Shown here one piece after another: positions 30,317 to 39,289 of a DNA stretch of 47,572 nucleotides (positions within the stretch are counted from its first letter, which is position 1; each line of letters opens with the position of its first letter). Both the position numbers and the translations under genes were made by a program. Where the stretch lies: the NCBI GenBank assembly GCA_902805495.1, contig CADCTH010000288.1:1-47572 (forward strand). Reading direction: 5' to 3'. Source of the stretch: an uncultured Actinomycetospora sp. (GTDB taxonomy: Bacteria; Actinomycetota; Actinomycetes; Mycobacteriales; Pseudonocardiaceae). Under the pieces are notes generated by a model. That model was not told the DNA's origin. It saw nothing but the letters and a program-made list of their open reading frames with translations, and searched no databases.

Positions 30317-32654
30317 CCCGCCGGTAGCGGCCGCCGACCCCGGGCACCGTGTCGGCGTCCTCCAGCCCCTCGTGCAGGTCGATCCGCACCGTGTGGACCG
30401 TCCCCGAGAACTCGTTCCCGACCGCCGGGTAGTCGTCGCTCACCGGCGTGCCCAGGTCGACGCCGACGTCGAGGGTCTCGTCGAAGGAGAAGTAGTACGG
30501 GACGGTGGCGTCGACGACGCCGCTGGCGACCTTCGCGCCGTCCACGGAGAGCACGACCTCCCCGCCCTGTCCGAGCCCGCCGCCGTCGTAGCAGAAGTCC
30601 ATGCGGACCTCGTGCCGTCCCGGGGCGAGCGGCTCCTCGGCCCGCACGGTGTGCACCCGCAGCCCGAAGAAGTTGTAGACGTAGCAGGGCCGCCCCTCGC
30701 GGCAGTAGAGCGCCCAGCCCCCGAAGCGCCCGCCCTGGGCGACGACCACGCCCTCGGTGTCCCCGTCGACCTCCACGTCGGCGACCACCGTGTGCGAGGT
30801 GTTCTTGACGTTCGGGGTCGCCTCCTCGATCAGGCGGCGCGTCCGGCCGTGGAAGGTGACCGAGCGGCGCCCGTCGAGCAGGTCGAGCCGGCCGGCGATC
30901 TGCGGGTTCTCCCGCTCGGTCACCCGGTCGTCGAGCGGGAACACCCGGTACTTCGCGGCCTCGATGAGGAACAGCTCCTGCAGCGCCGCCAGCCGCTCGG
31001 GGTGCTCGGCGGCGACGTCGTGGGCCTGGCTCGGGTCCGCCCGGGTGTCGTAGAGCTCCCAGACGTCGTCGCGGAACGACCCGCCGGCCCCGACCATCTC
31101 CCAGGGGACGCCGTGACGGGTCACCGCCGTCCAGCCCTCGTGGTAGATGCCGCGGTTGCCGCACATCTCGAAGTACTGGGTGCGGCGGCGGTCCGGCGCC
31201 GCGGGGGCGTCGAACGTGTGGCGCATGCTCACGCCCTCGATCGGCTGCTGGGCGACGCCGTCGACGCTGGTGGGTTGGGGGAGGCCGGCGCAGTCGAGGA
31301 CGGTCGGGAGCAGGTCGATGACGTGGTGGAACTGGTGTCGCAGCCCGCCGCGGTCGGCGATCCCGCGCGGCCAGTGCACGACCAGCCCGTCGCGGGTGCC
31401 CCCGAAGTGGGAGGCCACCTGCTTGGTCCACCGGTACGGGGTGTTCATGGCCAGCGCCCAGCCGACGGGGGCGATGGGGTAGCTGTGCGGCCCGCCCAGC
31501 TCGTCGAGGTGGGTGATCATCTCCGCGGGGTCGTCGACGATCCCGTGGCCGAGGCGGTGCTCGACGAGCGTGCCCTCGAGGCCGCCCTCGCCCGAGGCGC
31601 CGTTGTCGCCGAGCAGGTAGACGAACAGCGTGTCGTCGAGCTCGCCGAGCTCCTCCAGCGCGGCCACGAAGCGCCCGAGCTGGGTGTCGGCGTGCTCGGT
31701 GAAGCCGGCGAAGGTCTCCATGAACCGCGTCCCGAGCGCGCGCTGGTCGTCGCCGAGCTCGTCCCAGCGGGGCACGCCCTCGGCCCACGGGGCGAGCTCG
31801 GTGTGCTCCGGGACGACGCCCAGCTCCTTCTGCCGGGCCAGCGTCCGCTCCCGCTGCCGGTCCCAGCCGTCGTCGAACGCGCCCCGGTAGCGCTCCGGCC
31901 ACTCCGGCGCGACGTGCAGCGGCGCGTGCGACGCCCCGAACGCCAGGTAGGTGAAGAAGGGGCGGTCGGGGGTCATCGTGCGCTGGGTGCGCACCCAGTC
32001 GACGGCGTGGTCGACGAGGTCCTCGGTGAGGTGGTACCCGTGCCCGCGGACGGGCTCCACCGGCCGGGTGCCCTCGTAGAGCAGCGGCGACCAGTGGTTC
32101 ATCTCGGCGCCCATGAAGCCGTAGAAGTGGTCGAAGCCCTCGCCGGTGGGCCAGCGGTCGAACGGTCCCACCGGGCTGATCTCCGACGGCGGGGTCTGGT
32201 GCCACTTGCCGAACGCCGCGGTCGAGTACCCGTTGGCCTGCAGGGTGCGGGCCATCGTCGCCGCGCTGCGCGGACGGAAGCCGGTGTAGCCGGGCGCCGA
32301 GGTGGCCATCTCGGTGGTGCCGCCCATGCCGACCGAGTGGTGGTTGCGGCCGGTCATCAACGCCTGGCGGGTCGGGGAGCACAGCGCCGTGACGTGGAAG
32401 CGCGTGTAGCGCAGCCCGTCCTGCGCGAGCCGGTCGGCGGTCGGCATCCGGCAGGGGCCGCCGAAGGCGCTGGACGTGCCGAACCCGAGGTCGTCGAGGA
32501 CGACCACCACGACGTTGGGGGCGTCGCCGGGGGCGGCGGTGGGACGGACCGGCGTGAACGGCGCGGTCTGCTCGTCGATGCCGAGGGCGGTGACCACGCC
32601 GACGGGCACCTCGGGTTCGGGCAGGACGTGCCGATCACCGTTGAACGCGCTCAT
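30300..32654 (-). CDS. Large Cys-type arylsulfatase with C-terminal beta-sandwich (LamG-like) domain
   Basis: PNVVVVVLDDLG, CSPTR sulfatase signature, GKWH, HAP, DNG, WELYD. ATG 32654; converges on FGE with a 17-nt overlap. Confidence 0.93.
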   Translation of the reverse strand: MSAFNGDRHVLPEPEVPVGVVTALGIDEQTAPFTPVRPTAAPGDAPNVVVVVLDDLGFGTSSAFGGPCRMPTADRLAQDGLRYTRFHVTALCSPTRQALMTGRNHHSVGMGGTTEMATSAPGYTGFRPRSAATMARTLQANGYSTAAFGKWHQTPPSEISPVGPFDRWPTGEGFDHFYGFMGAEMNHWSPLLYEGTRPVEPVRGHGYHLTEDLVDHAVDWVRTQRTMTPDRPFFTYLAFGASHAPLHVAPEWPERYRGAFDDGWDRQRERTLARQKELGVVPEHTELAPWAEGVPRWDELGDDQRALGTRFMETFAGFTEHADTQLGRFVAALEELGELDDTLFVYLLGDNGASGEGGLEGTLVEHRLGHGIVDDPAEMITHLDELGGPHSYPIAPVGWALAMNTPYRWTKQVASHFGGTRDGLVVHWPRGIADRGGLRHQFHHVIDLLPTVLDCAGLPQPTSVDGVAQQPIEGVSMRHTFDAPAAPDRRRTQYFEMCGNRGIYHEGWTAVTRHGVPWEMVGAGGSFRDDVWELYDTRADPSQAHDVAAEHPERLAALQELFLIEAAKYRVFPLDDRVTERENPQIAGRLDLLDGRRSVTFHGRTRRLIEEATPNVKNTSHTVVADVEVDGDTEGVVVAQGGRFGGWALYCREGRPCYVYNFFGLRVHTVRAEEPLAPGRHEVRMDFCYDGGGLGQGGEVVLSVDGAKVASGVVDATVPYYFSFDETLDVGVDLGTPVSDDYPAVGNEFSGTVHTVRIDLHEGLEDADTVPGVGGRYRRVMTSQ

Positions 32655-32729
32655 GCGGACGCAGACCCCTCTCGACGAATCGCGGTTCAGTCTCGTCCGT
32701 CGCGATCGTTCAGGTCCAGCGGACACTTG

Positions 32730-32756
32730 TTGACACCGGTGTCAAGCTTTGCTTCA
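32730..32756. promoter_or_regulatory. Perfect palindrome TTGACACCGGTGTCAA and adjacent LysR-type box TCAAG-N5-CTTCA
   Basis: 16-bp perfect palindrome at 32730-32745; imperfect dyad at 32742-32756 overlapping the lysR start. Confidence 0.6.
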
Positions 32757-33763
32757 TGGAGCTGTCGTTGCGCCGCCTGCGCACCCTGCGGGAGGTGGCG
32801 CGGCGGGGCGGGGTCAACGCGGCCGCGGCGACCCTGCACTACTCGCCGTCGGCGGTGTCCCAGCAGCTCGAGGCGCTGAGCGTCGAGGCCGGCGCCCCGG
32901 TGCTCGAGCGGGTGGGACGCGGCGTGCGGCTCAGCGAGGTCGGGCGCGTGCTCGTCGAGCACGCCGAGGTCCTGCTCGCCGCCGAGCGCCGGGCCGGCGC
33001 CGCGGTGGAGGGCGCGCGGCAGACCCTGTCCGCGCACCTCACGGTGGGCGTCTTCCCGGCGGCCGGGGCCGGCGTGCTGCCCGCGGTGCTCGCCGACCTC
33101 GCCGCGCGGCACCCCGGGATCACGCTGGACAGCGTGGAGGGCGACGGCGAGAGCGTCGTCACCGACGTGCGCGACGGCCACCTCGACCTGGCGCTGCTGC
33201 TGGACTACCCCGACGCGCCCGAGCCGTGGAAGGCCGACCTGCGCGTGGTCCCGCTGGGGCAGGACGAGATCCACCTCGCCGTGGCCGACGGCTCAGCCCA
33301 CGGCCCCGGCGCCGCGCTCGAGGCGCTCGCCGACGAGGACTGGATCCTCTCCGGGCCGCACACCTACTGGGGCCGGGCCGTGCGCACCGCGTGCCGCCGC
33401 GCGGGATTCGACCCGCGCGTGCGCCACCACGTCGACAGCTCGGCGACGGCGCTGGCCATGGTCGCGGCCGGGCTCGGCGTCGCCCTGGTCAGCGACCTGG
33501 GCCGGGTCTTCTGCCCGTCCCGGGGAGTCGTCGTCGTGCCGCTGGCGCGGCCCCTGTCGCGCACGATCTCGATCGCCCACCTGCCCCACACCGGCGAGCG
33601 GCCCACCGCCCGGGCCGTCCTCGCGGCGTTCGCGCGCGCCGCGGGCGCGGCGGGACTGGCCCCGGTCGAGGCCGTGCACGAGGGGCGAGCGGGTCAGGTA
33701 CCGACGCGCAGCGAGGCCGCGAGCCGGGCGAACCCCTCGTCCAGCGGCACCCGCGGGACGTAG
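32756..33763 (+). CDS. LysR-family regulator, divergent from the arylsulfatase
   Basis: AAA.LHYSPSAVSQQL..L..E.G..VLER.GRGVRL; DLAL; MVAAGLGVALV. The C-terminal tail overlaps oleD by 70 nt. Confidence 0.92.
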   Translation: MELSLRRLRTLREVARRGGVNAAAATLHYSPSAVSQQLEALSVEAGAPVLERVGRGVRLSEVGRVLVEHAEVLLAAERRAGAAVEGARQTLSAHLTVGVFPAAGAGVLPAVLADLAARHPGITLDSVEGDGESVVTDVRDGHLDLALLLDYPDAPEPWKADLRVVPLGQDEIHLAVADGSAHGPGAALEALADEDWILSGPHTYWGRAVRTACRRAGFDPRVRHHVDSSATALAMVAAGLGVALVSDLGRVFCPSRGVVVVPLARPLSRTISIAHLPHTGERPTARAVLAAFARAAGAAGLAPVEAVHEGRAGQVPTRSEAASRANPSSSGTRGT

Positions 33764-34695
33764 CCGAGGTCGCGGCGCGCGGCGGCGATGTCGAACCAGT
33801 GCGCGGTGGCCAGCTGGCGGGCGAGGAAGCGGGTCATCGGCGGGTCGTCGACCGTCACGAAGCGCTCGAGCACCCGCCACACCGTCTCCACCGCCGCACC
33901 GGCCGCGACGGCGACGGGCAGCGGGACGGTGCCGTGCACCGGCTCCAGCCCGCCGGCGACGACGATCCCGTTGACCAGCTCGCGCACCGGGCGCGGGTCG
34001 CCGGAGGTGATGAAGTACGGCCGGCCGGCGCACGCCGAGCCCGGCGCGAGACGGTCGGCGGCGTCGAGGTGGGCCTGCGCGGCGTCGTCGACATAGGTGG
34101 TGTCGATGAGCGCCTCCCCGTCGCCGACGAAGCGCAGCCGCCCGCGGCGGGCGCGCTCGAGGATGCGCGGGACGAGCTGGGTGTCGCCCGGGCCCCACAC
34201 CAGGTGCGGGCGCAGCGCGACCGTCGCGAGGTCGGGGCCGTCCGCGGCGAGCACCAGGCGCTCGGCCTCCGCCTTCGTCTCGGGGTACGCCGAGTCGAAG
34301 TGGGTGGCGTAGGGCAGCGACTCGTCGCCGCCGGCGATGTCGTGCCCGGTGTGCACGACGCTGGGCGTGCTGGTGAAGACGAACCGCCGGACGCGGGCGT
34401 CGCGGCAGGCGTCGAGCAGCACGCGGGTGCCGTCGACGTTGCTGCGCCGGAAGTCCGCGGTGCTGCCCCAGACGCCGGCCTTGGCGGCGACGTGGACGAC
34501 GGCGTCGCAGCCCTCGACCGCCGCCCGCGAGGACCCCGGGTCGGCCAGGTCGCCGCGCAGCGTCGTCACCCCGCGCTCGCGCAGCGCCGGGTAGTCGCCG
34601 CGGGCGAGGCTGACGACGTCGTCGCCGCGGGCCAGCAGGGCGTCGACCACCGCGCCGCCGAGGAAGCCGCCGCCCCCCGTGACCAGCGCCTTCAC
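33694..34695 (-). CDS. oleD: 2-alkyl-3-oxoalkanoate reductase (extended SDR)
   Basis: VTGGGGFLG, HVAAKAGVWG, FTSTPSVV, YPETK (YxxxK), LRPHLVWGPGD; last gene of the ole cluster. Confidence 0.88.
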   Translation of the reverse strand: MKALVTGGGGFLGGAVVDALLARGDDVVSLARGDYPALRERGVTTLRGDLADPGSSRAAVEGCDAVVHVAAKAGVWGSTADFRRSNVDGTRVLLDACRDARVRRFVFTSTPSVVHTGHDIAGGDESLPYATHFDSAYPETKAEAERLVLAADGPDLATVALRPHLVWGPGDTQLVPRILERARRGRLRFVGDGEALIDTTYVDDAAQAHLDAADRLAPGSACAGRPYFITSGDPRPVRELVNGIVVAGGLEPVHGTVPLPVAVAAGAAVETVWRVLERFVTVDDPPMTRFLARQLATAHWFDIAAARRDLGYVPRVPLDEGFARLAASLRVGT

Positions 34696-36317
34696 GCGAG
34701 CACCCGCGCGGCCCAGTGGCCCAGCGCCTCACGGTCGATCTTGGAGTTGTGCCGCGGGTCGACGGGCAGCGACCGGTGCTCGAGGAAGGTCGTGATCGGC
34801 TGCGTACGGGTGTCCGCGGCGGCGCGGGCGCGCAGCTCCTCGACGACCCCGGCGGTCAGACGGGCCCCGCGGAGCATCTCGACGACGGCCACCGGCGTGC
34901 GGTCGCCCTCGGGCCCGACGCCGACCAGCGCGGTGCGGCGCACGGCCGGGTGCCGGTTGAGGAGCTCCTCGCACGTGACGCTGTGGAGGGGCCCGGCGGC
35001 GGTGTGGACGACGTGCGCGACGCGGCCCGCGAACCACAGCCGACCCTCGTCGTCGGTGCTCGCGAGGTCGCCCGTCCGGTGCGCCAGCACGCCGTCCCAC
35101 GTCACCTTGGCCGCCGCGGTCGCGTCCGGGCGGTCGGCGTAGGCGGGGCTCACGACGGGGCCGCGCACGACGACCTCGCCGATCTCGCCCGGCGCGACGT
35201 GCCGGTCCGGGGTGAGGGCGTCGACCGGACCCTCGGCGACACGCATCAGGGCCACGTCGACGCCGGGCACCGGGCGCCCGACGCAGATGCCGTCCTCGGG
35301 CAGGTCGAGCAGCTCGTCGCTGCCGATCGACGCGACGGGCAGCGCCTCGGTGGCACCGTAGGGCGTGAAGACCTGCGCGCCGGGCCCGAGCAGGGCGAGC
35401 ACCCGGCGCTGGACGTCGCGCGGCACGGGCGCGCCGGCCGAGATCACCTGGCGCAGGGCGGGGAGGTGCGTCCCGGCGGGGGCGCCGCGGCCGAGGCGGT
35501 CGAGGACGGCGGGGGAGCCGAACATGACGGTGGCGCCGGTGCGCCGCGCGGCCGTGACCAGGCGCGACGGCACGACCTTCGCCGGCCGGGTCGGATCCAT
35601 CCGCGGCACGACCGTCGTCATGCCCAGCGCCGGGCCGAACAGCGCGAACGGCGGGAAGGTCGCGAGGCTGACGTCGCCGGGGCCGAGCCCGTAGAGGTCG
35701 CGGACGAGGCCGGCCTGCGCCAGGAGCCCGTCCTCGTGGTGCTCGACGCCCTTGGGCGGGCCGGTGCTGCCGCTGGTGAACAGGATGGCGGCGGGGGTCC
35801 CGTCGCGCCGGGCACTCGGTGTGTGCGGTCGGTGGGCCACGAGCCGGGCGCCCTCGCGCTCGAGGCGGCGCAGCCAGGTGGTGCCGGGGACGGGGACGGG
35901 TCCGGCGGTGACCGCGATCCACGCGCTCGGGCACCAGCCCAGCACCCGGCGCGCGAGGTGGGCCTTCGCGACGCCGACGAACGCCTCCGGGGCGACCTCG
36001 CCGAGGCAGGAGCGCACCCGGTCCAGCCCGATCCCCGGGTCGACGACCACGGGCACCGCGCGGACCCGCAGCAGCGCGTAGGCCAGGACGAAGAAGTCGG
36101 CGGTCGGCGGGACGAGCAGCGCGGTGCGGGTGCCCGCGCCGACGCCGGCGGCGAGCAGCCCCGCGGCCGCGTCCTCGACCCGTCCCTGCAGCTCGGCGTA
36201 GGTGACGGTGCGCGTCCCGAGCAGGTGGGGCAGCACGAGCGCGGCGTCGCCGGGACGCTCCGCGGCGTGCGCGGCGAGCATGCCGTCGAGCGTGGTCGCG
36301 GGGGCGGCCGTGCTCAC
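34692..36317 (-). CDS. oleC: Olefin beta-lactone synthetase (AMP-binding)
   Basis: VVDPG.G, AAILFTSGSTGPPKGV, TFPPFALF, MDPTRPA, FGSPA, TPYGATEALP, HRTGD, PVDPRHNSKI. GTGA overlaps at both ends. Confidence 0.9.
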   Translation of the reverse strand: MSTAAPATTLDGMLAAHAAERPGDAALVLPHLLGTRTVTYAELQGRVEDAAAGLLAAGVGAGTRTALLVPPTADFFVLAYALLRVRAVPVVVDPGIGLDRVRSCLGEVAPEAFVGVAKAHLARRVLGWCPSAWIAVTAGPVPVPGTTWLRRLEREGARLVAHRPHTPSARRDGTPAAILFTSGSTGPPKGVEHHEDGLLAQAGLVRDLYGLGPGDVSLATFPPFALFGPALGMTTVVPRMDPTRPAKVVPSRLVTAARRTGATVMFGSPAVLDRLGRGAPAGTHLPALRQVISAGAPVPRDVQRRVLALLGPGAQVFTPYGATEALPVASIGSDELLDLPEDGICVGRPVPGVDVALMRVAEGPVDALTPDRHVAPGEIGEVVVRGPVVSPAYADRPDATAAAKVTWDGVLAHRTGDLASTDDEGRLWFAGRVAHVVHTAAGPLHSVTCEELLNRHPAVRRTALVGVGPEGDRTPVAVVEMLRGARLTAGVVEELRARAAADTRTQPITTFLEHRSLPVDPRHNSKIDREALGHWAARVLA

Positions 36318-37207
36318 CGGCCCGCCGCCAGGAACGCGCGGACGCTCGGGACGATCCGGTCGGCCGCGTCCTCGAGGACGTAGTGGCCCGCGTCGGGGTA
36401 GCGGTGCACGTCGGCGTGCGGCAGCCGGCCCTCGAGGTGGCGCAGGATCGTGCCGTCGAACACCGGGTCCTTCATGCCCCAGTGCACCTGCACCGGGAGG
36501 GCGTCCAGCAGGGGCAGGCGCTCGGCGAGGCGGACGAGGACCGGGTGGGCGGGATCGGCCGGTCCGGTGGGGATGTCCTGGACGAACGCGTGCACGGCGA
36601 CGCGGTGCGCCGGGCTGTCGTAGGGCGCGAGCAGCCCGCGGCGGGCCTCGGCGCCGAGCACCCAGCGGCCGCTGCCCAGCGCGAGCGCGCCGAGGGAGAA
36701 CGCGTTGAGCCGCCGCACGGCGACGTCGCCGATGACCGGCAGCCGCGCGGCCTGCAGGGACCACGGGATGCGCTTGTCGGCGGGCAGCGGGAAGGCGCCG
36801 GTGTTGAGGACGACGACCTTGTCGACCTGGTCGAGGTGCTCGACGGCCCAGGACAGGCCGATCGGCCCGCCCCAGTCGTGGACGACGAGCGAGAGCGGCT
36901 CGTGGAGGTCGAGGGCGTCGACGAAGGCGGTGAGGTCGGCGACCCGGCGTGCCAGCGTGTGCGGGTAGTCGGCGAGCGCGGGCTTGTCGGAGCGGCCCAT
37001 CCCGATGTGGTCGGGCGCGATCGCGCGGAAGCCGTCACCGGGCAGCGTCGCGAGCAGCGACCGGAAGTAGAACGACCAGGTCGGGTTGCCGTGGACGTGC
37101 AGGACGGGCGGGCCGGTTCCCTCGTCGACGTAGGCCATGGTGTGGCCGCCGATGTCGACGGTCTTCTGGACGAAGTCGAACCCCGGCAGGGTCGTCGCGG
37201 CCGTCAC
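36314..37207 (-). CDS. oleB: Beta-lactone decarboxylase (haloalkane dehalogenase-like fold)
   Basis: YVDEG, HGNPTWSFYFR, PDHIG.G.SDKP, HDWGG (Asp nucleophile), WGMKDPVF, AGHYVLED. Confidence 0.88.
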   Translation of the reverse strand: MTAATTLPGFDFVQKTVDIGGHTMAYVDEGTGPPVLHVHGNPTWSFYFRSLLATLPGDGFRAIAPDHIGMGRSDKPALADYPHTLARRVADLTAFVDALDLHEPLSLVVHDWGGPIGLSWAVEHLDQVDKVVVLNTGAFPLPADKRIPWSLQAARLPVIGDVAVRRLNAFSLGALALGSGRWVLGAEARRGLLAPYDSPAHRVAVHAFVQDIPTGPADPAHPVLVRLAERLPLLDALPVQVHWGMKDPVFDGTILRHLEGRLPHADVHRYPDAGHYVLEDAADRIVPSVRAFLAAGR

Positions 37208-38232
37208 CAGATCACCTCGGCCGCCGCGGCGTTGATCCCGCTGCCCACGCCCATGAGCATCACGCGGGAGCCGTCGACCACGGTGCCGTCCTCCACCGCC
37301 TTCGACAGCACGGTGGGCACGCCCGCCGGTCCGGTGTTGCCGAAGCGCGGGTAGAGCGACGGGAAGCGGTCGTGGTCGAGCCCGAGCTGCGCGGACACCG
37401 CGCGGGTGTGCACCTTGCTGACCTGGTGCAGGCAGTAGACGTCGTAGCTCTCGGTGTCCCAGTCGAACGCGGCGACGGCGTCCTTCCAGGCGCGCCCGGC
37501 GAGCTCCATGCCCGCCATCAGCAGGCCCTTCGAGTCGGTGCGCATCTCGTCGGCCTGCCCGACGCAGAGCTCGGCGTTGCCCATCGTGCTGGCGCGCCCG
37601 AGCCCGCCGAGGTAGCGGTGCCCGCCCGGGCCGTCGGCGCGCGAGAGCACCATGCCCACCGCGCCCGACCCGACGGTGAGGGTGGCGAACTGGTCGTGGA
37701 ACATCTCGCGGGTCGCGTCGTCGCCCGCGAGGCGCGCGATCGTCGATTCCATCGCGAACCGGCTGGTCTCGCCGGCCACCACGAGTCCGTGGTCGATCTC
37801 GCCGGCCGAGATCATGGTGGAGACGGTGTTCATGCCGTTGAGGAATCCGAGGCACGCGTTGCCGAGGTCGAAGTTCTGCGCCTCCGGCGACAGTTCCATC
37901 CGCCCGTGGACGATGCTCGCCGTCGACGGTTCGAGGTGGTCGCGGCTCACCGAGGTGTTGATCAGCGCGCCGATGTCGTCGCGGGCGACGCCGCTCTGCG
38001 CCAGGGCGCGCTCGCCGGCCTGCGCGGCGACCTCGCTGGGCATCGTGCCCTCGTCCCAGACACGGCGCTCGGCGATGCCCGACAGCTTCTCGAGAAGGCC
38101 GGGGGTGATGCGCAGGCGCGCCAGCGTCCCGGCGAGCCGGTCCTCGAGCTCGGTGGACGTGACCACGTGTGGCGCGTCGACGTGCGCCAGTCCGGTGATC
38201 ACCACGTCGTCGTACCGCTGTGCCGCTCTCAT
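37204..38232 (-). CDS. oleA: Acyl-CoA:acyl-CoA alkyltransferase (thiolase-fold Claisen condensing enzyme)
   Basis: SVSRDHLEPSTA (catalytic Glu), NACLGF (Cys), LHQVS (His), GNTGPA (Asn), GVGSGIN. ATG 38232. Confidence 0.9.
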   Translation of the reverse strand: MRAAQRYDDVVITGLAHVDAPHVVTSTELEDRLAGTLARLRITPGLLEKLSGIAERRVWDEGTMPSEVAAQAGERALAQSGVARDDIGALINTSVSRDHLEPSTASIVHGRMELSPEAQNFDLGNACLGFLNGMNTVSTMISAGEIDHGLVVAGETSRFAMESTIARLAGDDATREMFHDQFATLTVGSGAVGMVLSRADGPGGHRYLGGLGRASTMGNAELCVGQADEMRTDSKGLLMAGMELAGRAWKDAVAAFDWDTESYDVYCLHQVSKVHTRAVSAQLGLDHDRFPSLYPRFGNTGPAGVPTVLSKAVEDGTVVDGSRVMLMGVGSGINAAAAEVIW

Positions 38233-38272
38233 GCCCCGAGAATGCGTGCGGCCCGCCATTCCCGCCAGTCCT

Positions 38273-38322
38273 GGAAAAAGGAGGGGAAAGCGCTACCGCA
38301 GTTCACACGAACTGCGGTAACG
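38273..38322 (-). terminator. Strong hairpin followed by a pyrimidine tract, upstream of oleA
   Basis: 11-bp perfect stem TACCGCAGTTC/GAACTGCGGTA (38294-38319, 4-nt loop), then CUUUCCCCUCCUUUUUCC on the minus strand. Confidence 0.6.
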
Positions 38323-38464
38323 GGAACATATCGTCGATTGTTCGGCCGATTGGTCGTACGCGACCGACCTCGGCGCGCGGCATCGGCGGCGGTGCACCGT
38401 ACGGCACTACCGCGCGGTACGGCCGCCGTGCGACGGCGACATTTCTCGGGATCGCCGAGCGGCG

Positions 38465-38671
38465 TCAGGCCGTGCCGGCGGGGCAGATGCAGCCCCGCGA
38501 CCAGCCCACGTCGCGGGTGGCGGTGCAGAAGCGCCGCCCGAGCGCGTCGTGCTCCGACCAGGTGTGCGGGCAGACGCTGCACGACGGGTCGGCGCCGGTG
38601 TCGTGGGTGTCCTGCGTGTCCTGCGTGTACTGGGTGGTCTCGGGGCTGGTCGAGGCCGGGGTGGAGCTCAT
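38465..38671 (-). CDS. Small Cys/His protein of the RGCVC-like family
   Basis: GGAGGA RBS and ATG; CSVCPH...HD...RFCTAT...RGCIC. Family name from recognition, not a search. Confidence 0.8.
   Translation of the reverse strand: MSSTPASTSPETTQYTQDTQDTHDTGADPSCSVCPHTWSEHDALGRRFCTATRDVGWSRGCICPAGTA
38598..38633. repeat. Degenerate 9-bp tandem repeat, 4 copies, encoding (Q/H)-(Y/D)-T
   Basis: gtgtcgtgg gtgtcctgc gtgtcctgc gtgtactgg. Confidence 0.7.
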
Positions 38672-38714
38672 GGGGTCGTCCTCCGGTGGAGCGGTCGGGA
38701 GTCGCGGTGCCGGC

Positions 38715-39173
38715 TCAGGAGCCGGCGCCGGCGAGCAGGTCGGCGGGGGAGTGCGCGTCGCCCGCGATCGACGCCGCGTCGAGGGCGGCCTCCGCGGTGG
38801 CGTCCGGCGTCGAGGACGGCACCACGAGCAGGACGAGCCGTGCTCCCTGGCGGCCGACGACGGTGAGGGTGTGGGGGTCGGTCGTGCGGAATCCCTCGAG
38901 CCGCGCGGCGCGGGCCGGCATGCGCCGGGGCGCGGCGTCCCAGCCGTCGAGGTGGTAGGAGACGCGCGCCACCGGTCCGACGCGGTCACCGAGCTCGGCG
39001 AACACCGCGGGCAGCTCGGCGGACAGGTCGCGCGAGCGGGGCCACCAGCCCCCGTCCACGTACCCCGACACCGGGGCGATGGGCTTGAGGCGCAGGCGCA
39101 CGGAGTGCGAGCCGCCGGCGGTCTGGTCGCGATCGGCGGTGGCGGCGGGGAAGGAGGTCGAGGCCGGGCTCAT
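38715..39173 (-). CDS. DUF5994-like protein
   Basis: RLRLKP...G.VDGGWWPRSRDL.AELP, G.V.RV.Y....W..APRR, LEGF, LLVVP pattern recognised as this actinobacterial family. Confidence 0.8.
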   Translation of the reverse strand: MSPASTSFPAATADRDQTAGGSHSVRLRLKPIAPVSGYVDGGWWPRSRDLSAELPAVFAELGDRVGPVARVSYHLDGWDAAPRRMPARAARLEGFRTTDPHTLTVVGRQGARLVLLVVPSSTPDATAEAALDAASIAGDAHSPADLLAGAGS

Positions 39174-39289
39174 GCCGGCACTCCCGTCTCCGGTCCGGTG
39201 ACCGGGCGAGGACTGCGCCGACGACGACGACGGCGCGTTCGCCGTCGTGCAGGAGATCCCCGACGTCGCTGACGGTACTCCCCGTGACG

